Shown in pieces: positions 61,825 through 64,000 of a stretch of 64,000 nucleotides of DNA. The stretch lies in assembly GCF_006345805.1 (NCBI RefSeq), contig NC_043008.1:54932001-54996000 (forward strand), in the 5' to 3' direction. Under the pieces are notes generated by a model that made no database searches, had not been told where the DNA came from, and saw only the letters and a list, made by a program, of their open reading frames with translations. The DNA is from Octopus sinensis. Taxonomy: Eukaryota. The stretch's first letter is position 1. Each line of letters starts with the position of its first letter. A program made the translations under genes and the position numbers.

Positions 61825-62557
61825 TGGGCACAAGTCTCGAAATGTTGGGGAAGGAGACCAGTCGATTAGATCGACAGCAGTACGCAACTGGTACTTATTT
61901 AATCGACCCCGAAAGGATGAAAGGAAAAGTCGACCTCGACAGAATTTGAACTCAGAACGTAACGGCAGACGAAATACCTATTTCTATTTCTTTACTACCC
62001 ACAAGGGGCTAAACACAGAGAGGACAAACAAGGACAGACAAACGGATTAAGTCGATTACATCGACTCCGGTGCGTAACTGGTACTTATTAATCGACCCCG
62101 AAAGGATAAGCAAAGTCGACCGCGGCAGAATTTGACTCAGAATACGGCGACGAAATACCTATTTCTTTACTACCCACAAGGGCTAACACAGAGGGGACAA
62201 CAAGGACAGACAAAGGATTAAAGTCGATTATATCGACCTCAGGTGCGTAACTGGTACTTATTTAATCGACCCCGAAAGGATGAAAGGCAAAGTCGACCTC
62301 GCGAATTTGAACTTAGAACGTAGCGGCAGACGAAATACGTATTCTTACTACCCACAAGGGGCTAAACACAGAGACAAACGGACAGACAAACGGATTAATC
62401 GATTATATCAACCCCAGTGCTTAACTGGTACTTAATTTATCGACCCCGAAAGGACGAAAGGCAAGTCGACCTCGGCGGAATTTGAACTCAGAACGTAACG
62501 CAGGACGAATAACGGCTACGCATTTCGTCGGCGTGCTATTTCACCAGCTCGCCGCTT
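61825..62557 (-). mobile_element. SINE family B concatemer, about four units
   Basis: Repeated CCCCGAAAGGA..AAAGTCGACC..TTTGAACTCAG..ACCCACAAGGGGCTAAAC blocks with one head. The internal units are rich in single-base deletions. Confidence 0.9.
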
Positions 62558-63026
62558 TAGAATATTCTCTTTAGTATTTAACCACGAGTGAGCCGGCAAA
62601 TTGGTAAAGTCGAAGAAATAAAAAATTTAGGAAGTATGAAAGGGAAGGATGAGAACAAATATGTGAGAATGTTGACCGTTTTATTTTTTTGAATCCTTGG
62701 GTTTTTTTTACTCTGTACTTCTGGCTCCTTCACCATTCATTTCAATTCACATCTGCAGTGAGTTAGCTCGGAAATTCCAAGCGACAATGTAACCTTCATT
62801 TAATTAAGGTAATCTCGGCCTTCTGAGTAGCTAAGTTTAGCATCTCCCGTCGAGTAACAATTACATCAGAGGATCAGCTAGCTAAGAAACATCAATCGCT
62901 TGACAACCGGTGTTGGTTCATTTACATTCCCTTGATATAACATTTCGGCAAAAGAAGCCGATAGAATGAATAAATATTGGGCTCGATTTGCTCGGCTAAG
63001 CCGTTCAAGGGGGTATCCAGAGTTTT

Positions 63027-63326
63027 GTTTGTTCCTTCTCAAGCCATGCCTGGCTCATAAGAGCCGGTTTCCCGATTTCATTGGCGTATAGGTTTCCCAC
63101 TTGGACGGGACGCCGGTCCGTCGCAGGTGAGCTGCTAGATGCAGGAGGAAAGAGTGAGAGAAAGTTGTGGCGAAAGGGTCAGCAGAAGTTAGTCATAATC
63201 TTCTGCCGGAGCCGCGTGGATCTTAGGTGTTTCGCTCATAAACATACACATCGACCGGTTTGAGATTCGAACCTGCAATTCCTTGATCGCGTGTCCGCTG
63301 CTCTAACCACTTGGCCATGTGCCTCC
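63027..63326 (-). mobile_element. SINE family C (alternative 3' tail)
   Basis: Near-identical to 61045-61330. Confidence 0.85.
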
Positions 63327-63559
63327 ACGTATCCAGAGTAGCCATAGTCCAGTGACTGAAACAAGCAAACGTTATGTTAATTATATATAAATTGTATTTT
63401 TGTATGAATGTTGTATGTACGTTTGTATGTATTTTGCACTCACACAGGCGCGCGCATACAACATAATTGAGTATTACAAAAAAAATGTTTGATTTTAAAT
63501 AATCCAACCAATTTTCTGAAAATTCCTTAAACATCGAAATATAATTCGCTTAAAATTCC

Positions 63560-64000
63560 AAATATTTACTGGCTAAACTAACAAGCAAAAAACTGATACT
63601 AAACAGAGCTTAAAATCTTGTCAAGCAACAGAAGTATCACGTACAATAGCACATGTCTCACACAACGCACAGCTATATCAACGACCAGTGCACGAATAAT
63701 AGCGACTGAATTAAATATAGACGGCAAAGTAGAACGATTAGCCATGCGTAAGTCTTATATAAGCCTGGAAGGTCACAAAGAAAAGATCGAGATCTGAAAT
63801 ATAGATTATTAAATGAATGAACTGTGTGTAGTGATTAAACACATTCTTAACACCATTAAGCAAATTAAACAAACCACAAAGATATCACAGGAGTGTAACA
63901 ATAACTCAGTAATGAGGAGCAGGGGAGCAATCTCTACGGTGTCGACAAAACTGTTGTAAATGGCATTAATATCTCTTTCAAATCACACTCTTTCGCTTTA
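63560..64000 (+). pseudogene. PLE reverse transcriptase N-terminal remnant (Naiad-like)
   Basis: IIATELNIDGKVERLAMRKSYISLEGHKE resembles the IA..L..R.E..A..FITLKDHK motif I recall from Naiad-type RTs. The fragment is disrupted and runs off the window. Confidence 0.5.

Overview
This is 64 kb of AT-rich, microsatellite-saturated animal DNA with one 100-N scaffold gap. I could not identify any host protein-coding gene, rRNA or true tRNA gene, so the window looks intergenic or intronic. The SINE repertoire and repeat landscape suggest an octopod cephalopod (Octopus); this is inference from recalled repeat families, not a database result. All recognisable coding pieces are decayed transposons: Penelope-like retroelements (PLEs, four fragments), CR1-group LINEs, a long R4/Dong-type LINE, a Helitron Pif1 helicase plus non-autonomous Helitrons, several Tc1/mariner fossils and MITEs, and a Chapaev-type transposase. 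Four tRNA-derived SINE families are also present. The most interesting signal is a set of at least seven minimal hammerhead-ribozyme (HHR) folds in PLE termini, read by eye. Three unrelated families share a CCGANGA (U4C) core. One sits as a two-strand palindrome, and one is fused to a tRNA-like Pol III promoter around a GIY-YIG ORF. There are also several long foldback palindromes, SINE concatemers and a 560-bp tandem array. No ribozyme activity can be shown from sequence alone.
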